Counted from the first letter of the stretch, positions 10,255 through 19,170 are shown. The stretch: DNA of 32,000 nucleotides from Edaphobacter aggregans (GCF_003945235.1 NZ_RSDW01000001.1:270001-302000), one strand, 5' to 3'. Program-made: numbers and translations. The notes: generated by a model not told the origin, from the letters alone.

Positions 10255-10359
10255 CCTGATACTCTTAAATCAGGAGAAAGTAGCAGAAGCCCGGCCATTC
10301 GAGGCCGGGCTTCCGCACTTAAATCCAGACCGAAGTCCGGACTTAGGTCTTTTACTTTG
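10255..10359 (+). promoter_or_regulatory. three consecutive stem-loops ending in a terminator-like hairpin plus T-tract (candidate leader, attenuator or small RNA)
   Basis: Three hairpins: cctgat[8]atcagg (10255-10274); gaagcccggcc[attcga]ggccgggcttc (10286-10313, 11-bp stem); agaccgaagtccggacttaggtct (10327-10350). The last is followed by tttactttg and ends about 40 nt before the ATG at 10401. Confidence 0.35.
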
Positions 10360-10400
10360 AAGACTTTGCATACTTTAACCCAGGAGAGGGAGTCCAACCG

Positions 10401-11762
10401 ATGCCGGAGAAAACACACCCTAGAATGAACCGCATCGCCTCACGACACCGCACCCTCCCCACCCTGATCCTTTCAGCGGCCCTCTTCGTAACCGGGACGC
10501 TACACGCTCAGCTCCCCGCCGGAACCACCGACACCACCGCCCAGCCCCAAACCCAGCAAGACCCCCTCCGCGCCCAGGCCAGCGAAGCCCTCGCCAAGCA
10601 GGACTACCCCACCGCCCTCAAGCTCCTCACCACCCTCGCCGAAAAGAACCCTCACGACGCCCAGATTCTCTACAACCTAGCCTCCACCCAGGAGGCCCTC
10701 GACCAGCCAGCCGCCGAATCCACCTACCGGCAGGCCATAGCCGCCAACCCGAACCTCCTCGAGCCTCACCTAGCCCTCGGCCTTCTGCTCGCACGCTCCG
10801 GCAAGTCCTCCCCGGCCCGCACCGAGCTAGCCGCCGCTTCCATCATCCCCGACGGCGACCCCGCTCTACGCGCCCGAGCCTACCGTGCCCTCGCCCGCCT
10901 TGACCAGCAGTCCAACCCCTCCGGTGCCAGCGAAGAGCTCCTCGCCGCCCTCAAGCTCTCCCCCGAAACCCCCGACGACATCCTCCTCTCCGGCGAACTG
11001 GCCGAGGCCGCCAACGACCCCGCAGCTGCCGAATCCGCCTACCGCCGCCTTCTCGCCACCGACCCCCAAAACTCCCAGGCCACCGCCGCACTCGTCCACC
11101 TCCTTATCCAGCAAAAGAAGCCCGACCAGGCCGAAATCATCCTCACCGCTGCCCTTGCCAAAAACCCCGACGACCCAACCCTGAACTCCCAGCTGGCCAG
11201 CCTTTACCAGAGCCAAAACAAGCCCGATCAGGCCCTTCCGATCCTGGAAAAGCTCCACGCCGCCCACCCCGAAGACCCGAACCTCGCTCGCCTCCTCGCC
11301 CGTCTTTACAGCCGCAGCGGCCAGTACGACAAAGCCGATGCCCTCTACGCCACCCTCAGCACCGCATCACCCAACGATCCAACCCTCCTCGACGACCGAG
11401 CCGACGCCCTCATCCACCTCCGCAATTTTGCCGAAGCTGAAGCCCTCCTCAAGCGCGCCCTCGCCGATCCCAAGGCCTTCCCCACCAGCGACGACCTCGG
11501 CGCGGCCGCCAGCCACCTCGCCTTCGCCGCCTCGGCTAACAATGACCCCACCACCACCTTGCAAGCATTAGAGATTCGTGGTAGAGTGCTGCCACAGTCT
11601 CCGTCCTCGCTCTTTCTGGCGGCTACCGCGCACGACAAGCTCCACCAGGCCAAGCAGGCAACAGACCTGTACAAACAGTTCCTCTCCGTGGCGAACGGCC
11701 AGTTTCCGGACGAGGAGTGGGAGGCCCGCCACCGCCTCATCGCCCTCGAACACACGAAGTAG
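10401..11762 (+). CDS. exported tetratricopeptide-repeat protein
   Basis: 453 aa with signal peptide (LPTLILSAALFVTGTLHAQ). It has many TPR-like units (AEILLTAALAKNPDDPTLNSQLASLYQSQNKPDQALPILEKL...). Confidence 0.8.
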   Translation: MPEKTHPRMNRIASRHRTLPTLILSAALFVTGTLHAQLPAGTTDTTAQPQTQQDPLRAQASEALAKQDYPTALKLLTTLAEKNPHDAQILYNLASTQEALDQPAAESTYRQAIAANPNLLEPHLALGLLLARSGKSSPARTELAAASIIPDGDPALRARAYRALARLDQQSNPSGASEELLAALKLSPETPDDILLSGELAEAANDPAAAESAYRRLLATDPQNSQATAALVHLLIQQKKPDQAEIILTAALAKNPDDPTLNSQLASLYQSQNKPDQALPILEKLHAAHPEDPNLARLLARLYSRSGQYDKADALYATLSTASPNDPTLLDDRADALIHLRNFAEAEALLKRALADPKAFPTSDDLGAAASHLAFAASANNDPTTTLQALEIRGRVLPQSPSSLFLAATAHDKLHQAKQATDLYKQFLSVANGQFPDEEWEARHRLIALEHTK

Positions 11763-11787
11763 TCAAGCGCTCCCTACGAGGTGCGTT

Positions 11788-12255
11788 ATGAGATTTCATC
11801 TTCGACCCGCGATTCTCGTTCTTCCTGTCCTTCTTACCCTGCCCATCACCGCACGCGCCGCAGGCATCGACAAAAGCCTCCTCCTCGACGAGCAAGCCAT
11901 CAGTCAGCTCGAGCAACGCGCCCAACAGGCCAACCCTCGCGAACAGTGCTTCCTCTACACCGAGCTCGTCTCCGCGATGACCGAAGTCGCCGGCAAGGAG
12001 ATGCTCGACGGTGATCCCGACCGCGCCAGCGCCACGCTCAAGAAGGTCGAGCACTACGCACAGCTCATCCAGCTTGGTTTGGCCAAGGACACCAAGCGCC
12101 TCAAGAACTCCGAGATGCTCATGCACCGCACCACCTACCGCCTCAACGAGTACCTCCACCGCGCCTCCACCGAGGATCAAGCCACCCTCCAGGCCACCCT
12201 CAAGCGCCTCGATCAGGTCCAAAGCGATATCCTTACTCAGGTCTTCAACCACTAA
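11788..12255 (+). CDS. hypothetical exported all-helical protein
   Basis: The track ORF 11578..12255 overlaps the TPR gene. The in-frame ATG at 11788 gives MRFHLRPAILVLPVLLTLPITARAAG, a signal peptide. It lies 25 nt after the TPR stop. Confidence 0.6.
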   Translation: MRFHLRPAILVLPVLLTLPITARAAGIDKSLLLDEQAISQLEQRAQQANPREQCFLYTELVSAMTEVAGKEMLDGDPDRASATLKKVEHYAQLIQLGLAKDTKRLKNSEMLMHRTTYRLNEYLHRASTEDQATLQATLKRLDQVQSDILTQVFNH

Positions 12256-12807
12256 ATGCGCCCTCGTCTACCGTTCCTTCTGGCCCTCACTATAGCTTTG
12301 CTCGTCCCGCCCCTCCACGCCCAACGAGACGACTCCGCCCTCTCTGAAGGCGAGGTAGAGCAGCTACGCGAATCCGCCTACTTCCCCAACGACCGAGTTA
12401 TGGTCTTCATCAAGCTCCTCGACACCCGCACCAAAGCCATTCAGGACATGTACGCTCGCCCCCGCCGCCCCGGCCGCGAACAGGACACCCACGACCTCTA
12501 CGAGCAGTTCACCTCTATCGCCGACGAACTCGACGACAACCTCGACGACTACGGCCCCCACCACCGCGACATCCGCAAGGCTCTTCCCAAGCTCCTCGAA
12601 GCCACGGATCGCTGGGCCACCATCGTCAAGAGCCCACCCGACAACGAGACCTACAACGTCTCCCGCAAGATAGCTCTCGAGGCTATCCGTGACCTCCGCG
12701 AAGCCGCCACCCAAATGATCGAAGAGCAACGCACCTGGTTTGCGGCCCACCCACCCGCCAAAGAAGACCCAAACCAGCGACCCGAACCCGGCATGACTCC
12801 CCGTTAG
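12256..12807 (+). CDS. hypothetical exported protein
   Basis: The ATG directly abuts the previous stop (taaatg). Signal peptide is MRPRLPFLLALTIALLVPPLHAQ. 183 aa, charged and helical. No family recognised. Confidence 0.6.
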   Translation: MRPRLPFLLALTIALLVPPLHAQRDDSALSEGEVEQLRESAYFPNDRVMVFIKLLDTRTKAIQDMYARPRRPGREQDTHDLYEQFTSIADELDDNLDDYGPHHRDIRKALPKLLEATDRWATIVKSPPDNETYNVSRKIALEAIRDLREAATQMIEEQRTWFAAHPPAKEDPNQRPEPGMTPR

Positions 12808-12859
12808 CGGATGCTAAGAAAATTTTAGGCAGCGCCATGGAATGCGACCTCGGCTGCTG

Positions 12860-14356
12860 TCAGAATTCCTTCCGGCTGGAAAGTTCTGCGGCACGCGCCA
12901 CGCCTTGCAATGCCCCGCGCCGCCCGGGGGCAGTTGCAAGTGCGGTCTGAAATTCTTTCAGAGCCAAACCTGCACGATTTTGTTCGACCAACAACCAGCC
13001 GAGCTGCTCGCGGGCCGGAACGATCGGCCCCGGTGTCACTGGGAGCTTCTCGACTGTGTCTTCCTCATCGGCTGACGCGCGCATCAAAGCCGCGGCTACA
13101 TCCGGCTTCCCCTCCGCTTGAGCCGACCACGCCATCACTTCACCCGTCAGAATCCCCACCTGAGTGGCCCAATAGTCATTACCTGAGGTACGAAGCTGTT
13201 CTTCGATCTGCCGCAACCTATCAATTTCGGCGCCGGCCTGTGCAGCGTGTCCGCTCCGAGCGAGTCCCACCCCGCGAGCCCACACCGCAACAGCAGACAC
13301 ATGAGGCGGGGCATCTGCCGGAGCAACGATGCCTGCAGCATCGCTCCACTGTCCCCTCTCAACCGCGTAACGAACCGGCATCGCTATAGAGGCATACGCT
13401 ATCTTGAAATCGCTTGAGTTCAACTTCGACATGTTCTTAAGTTGTTGAATGACCAAAGCAGCCTCTTGGTCGCGTCCACTCTGCAAATACGCATACACCA
13501 AATAATCCATCGCGTGCAGCTCTTCCCCCGTATCGCCCTGCTGACGCGCGGCTTCCTTCGCGGCAAGATTGGAAGTGATGGAGTCATCCCATAGGCCAAG
13601 TTGCGTGAATATGTGTGATGGCATGTGCAACGCGTGTGGCGCTGAGGGTGCAATTAGGGCATAGGCTCTCGCCGCCGCAAGACCCTTCGAAGCAAGCTCC
13701 GGATTGTCATAAGCATGGATGAGATAGTGGGGAATTCCCGGATGCTGCGGATAAGTGCGATCAAGCGGCTCAAGCAGATCGGCCGCCTGCTTCTGCTTCT
13801 CATGCGTTTTGTCCGTAGGAGATGCGTTCGCCAGGAGAGCCAGCGCATAGAACACTTGTGCTTCGACATCGTTCCTGTTCGCTGCGGCCAGATCGCTCAT
13901 CGCCTGCTCGTAATTCAAAGCCCGTGTGCGGTACGGAACAGTAGCAGCATCCTTATAGATCAACCCCAGCGCATGGATGAACTGGCGCTCGCGTTCCGAA
14001 CCCGCCCCAATCCGCTCCGCCCGCTGGATCTCCCTCTGCGCAGTCGTGATTGTCGCAGGCACAATATGCGGCTCCCATAGCGGATGAAAGTACGTCATGG
14101 CCATCCCCCAATATGCCATCGCACACCCCGGATCCACCTCGGACACGCCCCGAAACGCATCTTCGGCGGCGCTATAAGCGAAGGAGTGAAGCAGAGCCAC
14201 GCTACGATTGAACTGCTCCTGAACAGCGGGCGCGCAAGATACCGGAAACGATACGCGGCCCAATTTTTCAGGCACGCCGTGGCTGTGTATCTCTTGTGCT
14301 GACGAGAAGGAACAGAGGACCAGCAGGGTGAGCGATACTCGCCATAGATCGGGCAT
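12860..14356 (-). CDS. exported TPR-like/all-helical repeat protein, hypothetical
   Basis: 498 aa with signal peptide LTLLVLCSFSSAQE. It has a helical-repeat body and a histidine-rich motif region (HYLIHAYD, APHALHMPSHIF). Confidence 0.7.
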   Translation of the reverse strand: MPDLWRVSLTLLVLCSFSSAQEIHSHGVPEKLGRVSFPVSCAPAVQEQFNRSVALLHSFAYSAAEDAFRGVSEVDPGCAMAYWGMAMTYFHPLWEPHIVPATITTAQREIQRAERIGAGSERERQFIHALGLIYKDAATVPYRTRALNYEQAMSDLAAANRNDVEAQVFYALALLANASPTDKTHEKQKQAADLLEPLDRTYPQHPGIPHYLIHAYDNPELASKGLAAARAYALIAPSAPHALHMPSHIFTQLGLWDDSITSNLAAKEAARQQGDTGEELHAMDYLVYAYLQSGRDQEAALVIQQLKNMSKLNSSDFKIAYASIAMPVRYAVERGQWSDAAGIVAPADAPPHVSAVAVWARGVGLARSGHAAQAGAEIDRLRQIEEQLRTSGNDYWATQVGILTGEVMAWSAQAEGKPDVAAALMRASADEEDTVEKLPVTPGPIVPAREQLGWLLVEQNRAGLALKEFQTALATAPGRRGALQGVARAAELSSRKEF

Positions 14357-14449
14357 CCCCTATCTCCAAGGGCGCGTGTGCTTGGTAACATCCGAATTCT
14401 ACATTGAAGCAATAGCCGCGCCACCCAGCCCGACAACCCACGACCCATC

Positions 14450-15154
14450 GTGCTAGCCTTAACCATAGTGTCCACCACACTCATCCCCATATTTGAAGAG
14501 CAGTACCGAGACCTTCGCCCCCGGGCGCCCATCCCGCCCTTCGACATCCGTTTCCGCCGCTTCACCTCCCTCAACACCACCATCCGTCTCCGCGAAGGCC
14601 GCCTCCACGTCCGCCTCTCCGACGTCCTCGAGCACGCGCCCGACTCCGTCCACCACGCCATCGCCCACATCCTGCTCGCCAAGCTCTACAAGAAGCCCAT
14701 CGCCCCCACCTACGCCGACCGCTACCGCCGCCACGTCTCCTCCGAAGCCGTCTCCCGCCAGGCCGAGCACATCCGCCAGACCCGCGGCCGCAAGCGCATC
14801 CTCACCCCCGTAGGCCACCACTACGATCTCGACGAAGTCTTCGAGTCCCTCAACACCCGCTTCTTCCACGGCCTCCTCGGCCGCCCCACCCTAACCTGGA
14901 GCGCCCACCACGCCCGCCGCATGCTCGGCCACTACGACGCCGCCCACAACACCATCGTCGTCAGCCGCGTCTTCGACCGCCCCGACACCCCGCGCTGCGC
15001 CATCGAGTACCTTCTCTACCACGAGATGCTCCACCTCAAGCATCCCGTGCGCGTCAAAGCCGGACGCCGCTGCGTCCACTCCCGCGAGTTCCAGGCCGAA
15101 GAGCGCCTCTTCCCCGAACTAGACGAAGCCAAAGCCTACCTAAAGCGCCTGTAA
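14450..15154 (+). CDS. SprT-like/HExxH zinc metalloprotease-domain protein
   Basis: 234 aa with a GTG start as tracked. HExxH motif is in IEYLLYHEMLHLKHP. The layout resembles SprT-like/DUF45-type proteins. Confidence 0.65.
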   Translation: MLALTIVSTTLIPIFEEQYRDLRPRAPIPPFDIRFRRFTSLNTTIRLREGRLHVRLSDVLEHAPDSVHHAIAHILLAKLYKKPIAPTYADRYRRHVSSEAVSRQAEHIRQTRGRKRILTPVGHHYDLDEVFESLNTRFFHGLLGRPTLTWSAHHARRMLGHYDAAHNTIVVSRVFDRPDTPRCAIEYLLYHEMLHLKHPVRVKAGRRCVHSREFQAEERLFPELDEAKAYLKRL

Positions 15155-15250
15155 AATCTTCGCCGCATTCGTCTCGCCTCTATCAGCCTTTATCCCTAGA
15201 TCACCGTTACGCAGTTCATCCGCGTCCATCCGCGCATATCCGTGGTCGCC

Positions 15251-16801
15251 TCAAGGCAGCGTAGCCGCAGCGCTATGCCCAATCTTCCCGTCCGCCCACT
15301 GAATGAAGTACTTCATATTCGGAGCGTCCGTATGACCGCCATCATGCTGCCGCCAAGCCAGATCCCCAACCATCAGCACGCCCGAGTTCACCGGAGGCAT
15401 CTTCGCCGCATGATAGTCATCCGGCACCCCCAAATCCTTCGCACCCAGCAGCCGGAACACAGGCTGTGAAGCCACCGCCGCCATAAAACTCCCCTGATGA
15501 TCCAGCCACTTCGCATCGCCCTGCTCAGGAATCCCATAGCTGATAAACACCAGCCGCGGCGCAGCGAGCGCAATCAGCTCATGCGAGTCCACCGGCAGAT
15601 CGCCCGGATTCTTGCTCCCAAACGACGCCTCCGAAGCGCCATACTTGATGAAGTTCCCAGCCATCCAGTAATACTCTCCACCAGTCAGGCTCTCCACCGC
15701 CTCGCCCCAGTTGCGCCGCAGCAGAGTCGTCCCACCCTTACCCGACGAGCCGATCAACCCCATCGCAAACCGAGGCTCAAACGCCAGCGTCACCAGTGCC
15801 GCCTTCCCATAGCGCGACACACCCTCAATCCCTACATGCTTCGCATCGACAGCAGGATCCGTCTCCAGATAGTCGAGCCCACGAGCCGCACCCCACGCCC
15901 ACGCTCTTAGCGCGCCCCAATCCTCCGGCTTGCGTGGCTGGCCATGATTCACCAGCCCAATAATCCCCTTCGTGATCCCGGCCCCGTTATCCGCCTGAAT
16001 ACTCGCCGGATCGATCGCCACATATCCCCATCCATCCGCAATCAGTTGCGTCGTCGACGGAGGATCGCCAGCAGGCCTCGGCCCAAACACAAACGGCGGA
16101 ACCTGCGAAGCAATCGGATTGTAAGCAGGATGCTCCGCAAAGATCGCCTGCAACTCCGGATCATCCTTCGCCATCAGCGCCTTCAGCTTCGCATTGATCT
16201 TCTCCAGCTCTTCCTCGGAAGGCTGTGCAGGCGAAGGCAGAGCACTCCGGCCAAACATCATCAGCACCGGCACAGGCCCCTTCGCATTCGCCGGGACCAC
16301 CACCGTCATCGCAATATCAACATTGATCCCCGGATACTCCGAGTTGTCCACATGCCCCACCAGCCGCTTCGCAATCACAGGGACGCGCCCCACAAACTCC
16401 TTGTCCGTCACCTTCACCGTCCACGTCACCTTCGGCACATGCGCCGGCACCCGGCCGTAGACCTCTCGCTCCAGATCTTCAACGATCTCAGGACGCCGCT
16501 GCTTCCACCACATCTCCGCAGTCGTCACCTTCGTTCCATTCTTCAGCGTCAACACATCCGGCAAGTTGGGATAAGGATTGGCCAGCGCCGGATCATAGTT
16601 CGCATGGTTCGGAGCAGCCTCATCGCCACTAGGCCCTGGCCGCAGAGCCTTAACGCCAAGCTGATCCATCATGTTCTGGTGATCCTGATCCGCAGTAAAG
16701 TTCACCGGGGCAGGCATCGTCTTCGACCCGCCCTGCTGCCCCAAGGCTGCAATACCAATCCCACCAAACACCACAGCCGCACCCAACCGAAAGACTTTCA
16801 T
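15251..16801 (-). CDS. alpha/beta hydrolase resembling CE15 glucuronoyl esterase
   Basis: The track ORF ends at 16846. The ATG at 16801 gives MKVFRLGAAVVFGGIGIAALGQQ, a signal peptide. The nucleophile motif GVSRYGKAAL matches the G-x-S-R-x-G of the CE15 family. A C-terminal GGH is present. Confidence 0.7.
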   Translation of the reverse strand: MKVFRLGAAVVFGGIGIAALGQQGGSKTMPAPVNFTADQDHQNMMDQLGVKALRPGPSGDEAAPNHANYDPALANPYPNLPDVLTLKNGTKVTTAEMWWKQRRPEIVEDLEREVYGRVPAHVPKVTWTVKVTDKEFVGRVPVIAKRLVGHVDNSEYPGINVDIAMTVVVPANAKGPVPVLMMFGRSALPSPAQPSEEELEKINAKLKALMAKDDPELQAIFAEHPAYNPIASQVPPFVFGPRPAGDPPSTTQLIADGWGYVAIDPASIQADNGAGITKGIIGLVNHGQPRKPEDWGALRAWAWGAARGLDYLETDPAVDAKHVGIEGVSRYGKAALVTLAFEPRFAMGLIGSSGKGGTTLLRRNWGEAVESLTGGEYYWMAGNFIKYGASEASFGSKNPGDLPVDSHELIALAAPRLVFISYGIPEQGDAKWLDHQGSFMAAVASQPVFRLLGAKDLGVPDDYHAAKMPPVNSGVLMVGDLAWRQHDGGHTDAPNMKYFIQWADGKIGHSAAATLP

Positions 16802-16925
16802 CAACCCTTGCACGAACAAGACAACCTCCCGACAAATTACCGACACCTGATCTAGAGTCTGGCACGAATCGAAGTTTTAGGCACCTCCAAAACTAAACCT
16901 CAGGACCCCATCCCACAAGCGTCGT

Positions 16926-16983
16926 GTTGCTGTAGCCATTGCTGTTGTTGTTGCCTTTCTTCTTTGTCGTCCCATGTGGGGAT
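16926..16983 (+). repeat. short intergenic repeat, ttgc-tttctt-tgtcNtccc..gggga type
   Basis: gttgctgtagccattgctgttgttgttgcctttcttctttgtcgtcccatgtggggat aligns at about 75-80% with the reverse complement of 27105-27155. Confidence 0.55.
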
Positions 16984-17058
16984 ATGCTCTTGCATTCCCT
17001 TTTCTTGTAGTCATGAACAAAGCCGAAAAGGGAAAGAATCCCCACACTTCGCTGGTGC

Positions 17059-17093
17059 CCATGCATGACGCAGCATCATCGCGGCATGCATGG
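17059..17093. promoter_or_regulatory. 9-bp perfect inverted repeat in the aqpZ / esterase divergent spacer
   Basis: ccatgcatg[17 nt]catgcatgg lies about 200 nt upstream of the aqpZ ATG. Its function is unknown. Confidence 0.3.
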
Positions 17094-17288
17094 ATCATTC
17101 GCCCAAACGCGCGAACCCGTTTTCTTTCCCCGGCCCAAAATCTGTCATATTCGACCAGAGCCGCTATTAGAGCTTCCCCCCGCACTGTGGTAGCATCCTC
17201 CCGTCCGCAGTCTCCGGCTCGGTCGCACATCGGCCCCCCAATCAAGCACGCCAATTTCATAGCATCTGGAAAGGATGAGGTAGTCACT

Positions 17289-18041
17289 ATGCCGCTGTCC
17301 AAACGTGCATTAGCTGAATTCTTCGGGACCTTCTGGCTTGTCTTCGGTGGTTGCGGAAGCGCCGTTCTTGCCGCCGCCTTTCAACCCCCAGGGCCGCCCG
17401 TACCAGGAGCTCCTCATCTCGGTATCGCCTTCGTCGGCGTTGCCTTCGCCTTTGGCCTCACTGTCCTGACCATGGCCTTCGCCATCGGCCACATCTCCGG
17501 CTGCCACCTCAACCCCGCAGTCTCCATCGGTCTCGTCGTCGGCAAGCGCTTCCCCGCCTCTGAACTTGGCGCCTACATCGTCGCCCAGGTAGCAGGAGCC
17601 ATCGTTGCCTCCGGAGTCCTCTACGTCATCGCCAGCGGCAGGCCAGACTTCGTCCTCGGTGGATTCGCTACAAACGGCTTCGGCGACCACTCCCCCGGCG
17701 GCTACTCCATGCTCGCCTGCTTTCTCATCGAAGTCGTCCTCACCTGCTTCTTCCTGTTGGTCATCCTCGGCAGCACAGACGAGCGCGCCCCCAAAGGCTT
17801 CGCCCCCATCGCCATCGGCCTGTGCCTCACCCTCATCCACCTGATCAGCATCCCGGTCACCAACACCTCGGTCAACCCAGCCCGCAGCACCGGCCCCGCT
17901 CTCTTCGTCCACGGAGCCGCCCTGAGTCAGTTATGGCTCTTCTGGGTAGCCCCCATCCTGGGAGCCATCATAGGCGGCTTCATCTCCAACACCTTCTTCG
18001 CGGCCCCACAGCCACCCCTCCGCGAAGAAATGTCCCGATAG
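17289..18041 (+). CDS. aqpZ: aquaporin Z
   Basis: Two NPA boxes ([17 protein letters not shown]). N-terminus [26 protein letters not shown]. 250 aa. The 105 in-frame codons upstream in the track ORF look non-coding. Confidence 0.93.
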   Translation: MPLSKRALAEFFGTFWLVFGGCGSAVLAAAFQPPGPPVPGAPHLGIAFVGVAFAFGLTVLTMAFAIGHISGCHLNPAVSIGLVVGKRFPASELGAYIVAQVAGAIVASGVLYVIASGRPDFVLGGFATNGFGDHSPGGYSMLACFLIEVVLTCFFLLVILGSTDERAPKGFAPIAIGLCLTLIHLISIPVTNTSVNPARSTGPALFVHGAALSQLWLFWVAPILGAIIGGFISNTFFAAPQPPLREEMSR

Positions 18042-18054
18042 CAAAAGCGGTTAC

Positions 18055-18080
18055 GTCCGCGGAAGCCACCTTCCGCGGAC
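18055..18080 (+). terminator. GC-rich stem-loop after aqpZ
   Basis: gtccgcggaa[gccacc]ttccgcggac forms a 10-bp perfect stem 13 nt after the aqpZ stop. No clear U-tract. It lies between convergent aqpZ and lgt. Confidence 0.45.
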
Positions 18081-18093
18081 GACCCAACAACCC

Positions 18094-18140
18094 GTCATCC
18101 TGACCGCAGCGCAGCGTAGCCGAAGGACCCCGAAGAACTC
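18094..18140 (+). repeat. short intergenic repeat, gtcatYctga...gccgaagga type
   Basis: gtcatcctgaccgcagcgcagcgtagccgaaggaccccgaagaactc. The non-coding tract continues to about 18300 and may belong to the same element. Confidence 0.5.
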
Positions 18141-18306
18141 AACATCACCAAAACCGCCCAATCCTTTCAGCCGATAAAGCCATTGCTCGCGTCCCTGCAG
18201 TCCATCTCTCCAGCCCCAACACCCGCGAAGCACAGCGTTAGCCAAAGGACCTGCGACTGCCGGCGCACCCCGCGACCTTCAACAGAAATAGGAAATCGAA
18301 AGATCT

Positions 18307-19170
18307 CTAAACCGTAGAATCCCCCACCAACTCTGGCGCCCACTGCACATTCTTCGCCTTCGCCACCCCAATCAGCACCAACCCGACCACCACCGACCCG
18401 AGCGCCGCCACCTGAGCATTGCTCATCCCCCAGTGGACCCGCGGATTGATCCTGACAAACTCCACCAGAAACCGCCCAATCCCACTGAGCACCAGATACT
18501 CCCCGGTAATCACACTCACCGGCAGATGCTTCTTCCCCCGCTGCCAGAGCCACCACGCCAGCGCGAGCGAAAACAGCAGCTCATAGCAAGGAGTAGGCTG
18601 CACCAGATCCGTAGTCGGCACCAGAGCATCCGGCCTCATATGAACGCCCCACGGCAGCGTCGTCTTGATCCCATAATCCCCATCGCCCGACAGCAGACAC
18701 CCGATCCGCCCCACGCCATACCCAACCGCCGCCGCCGGAGCCGCCAGATCCAGCATCCGCATCGCCCCTACCGGCTTACCCAGGGTCCCTTCCAGCGCCC
18801 TCTTGAACCGAACCGCTCGCCCCTGCCACATCAGCACGGCAATCCCGGCGACCATCCCCCCAAACCAGGCAAACCCCGCTTGAAACCAGTGCAGGAACCC
18901 CATCACCACATCCATCGGATGCGACCATCCCGGAGCCACAATTTGCCGCATAGCAAACCGCAATTCTCCAACATTTTGCAGCTCATGCCAAGCCTTCGCA
19001 CCGATTACCCCGCCGATAACCACAAACGCTACAACACTCAGCGCATCGCCATCCACGCCATTCCGCAAAAAATTCCGGTGCAACACCACAGTAGCCGCCA
19101 CCGCAGCCAGCCAAAGTAAAAGCCCAAACGTACCCAGATGTACCGGGCCAAGATCGATATAGGGAAACAT
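18307..19170 (-). CDS. lgt: prolipoprotein diacylglyceryl transferase family protein
   Basis: 287-aa polytopic membrane protein. Lgt-family motifs are present: GRIGCLLSGDGDYG, QPTPCYELL, RFLVEFVR. Confidence 0.7.
   Translation of the reverse strand: MFPYIDLGPVHLGTFGLLLWLAAVAATVVLHRNFLRNGVDGDALSVVAFVVIGGVIGAKAWHELQNVGELRFAMRQIVAPGWSHPMDVVMGFLHWFQAGFAWFGGMVAGIAVLMWQGRAVRFKRALEGTLGKPVGAMRMLDLAAPAAAVGYGVGRIGCLLSGDGDYGIKTTLPWGVHMRPDALVPTTDLVQPTPCYELLFSLALAWWLWQRGKKHLPVSVITGEYLVLSGIGRFLVEFVRINPRVHWGMSNAQVAALGSVVVGLVLIGVAKAKNVQWAPELVGDSTV

Noticed and set aside
16877-17302. 141-aa antisense ORF, and the 105-codon in-frame extension of aqpZ (16974..17288).
   Set aside because: Neither has coding-like composition or motifs. 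The aqpZ homology begins at [16 protein letters not shown] (17289). The region contains a known intergenic repeat.
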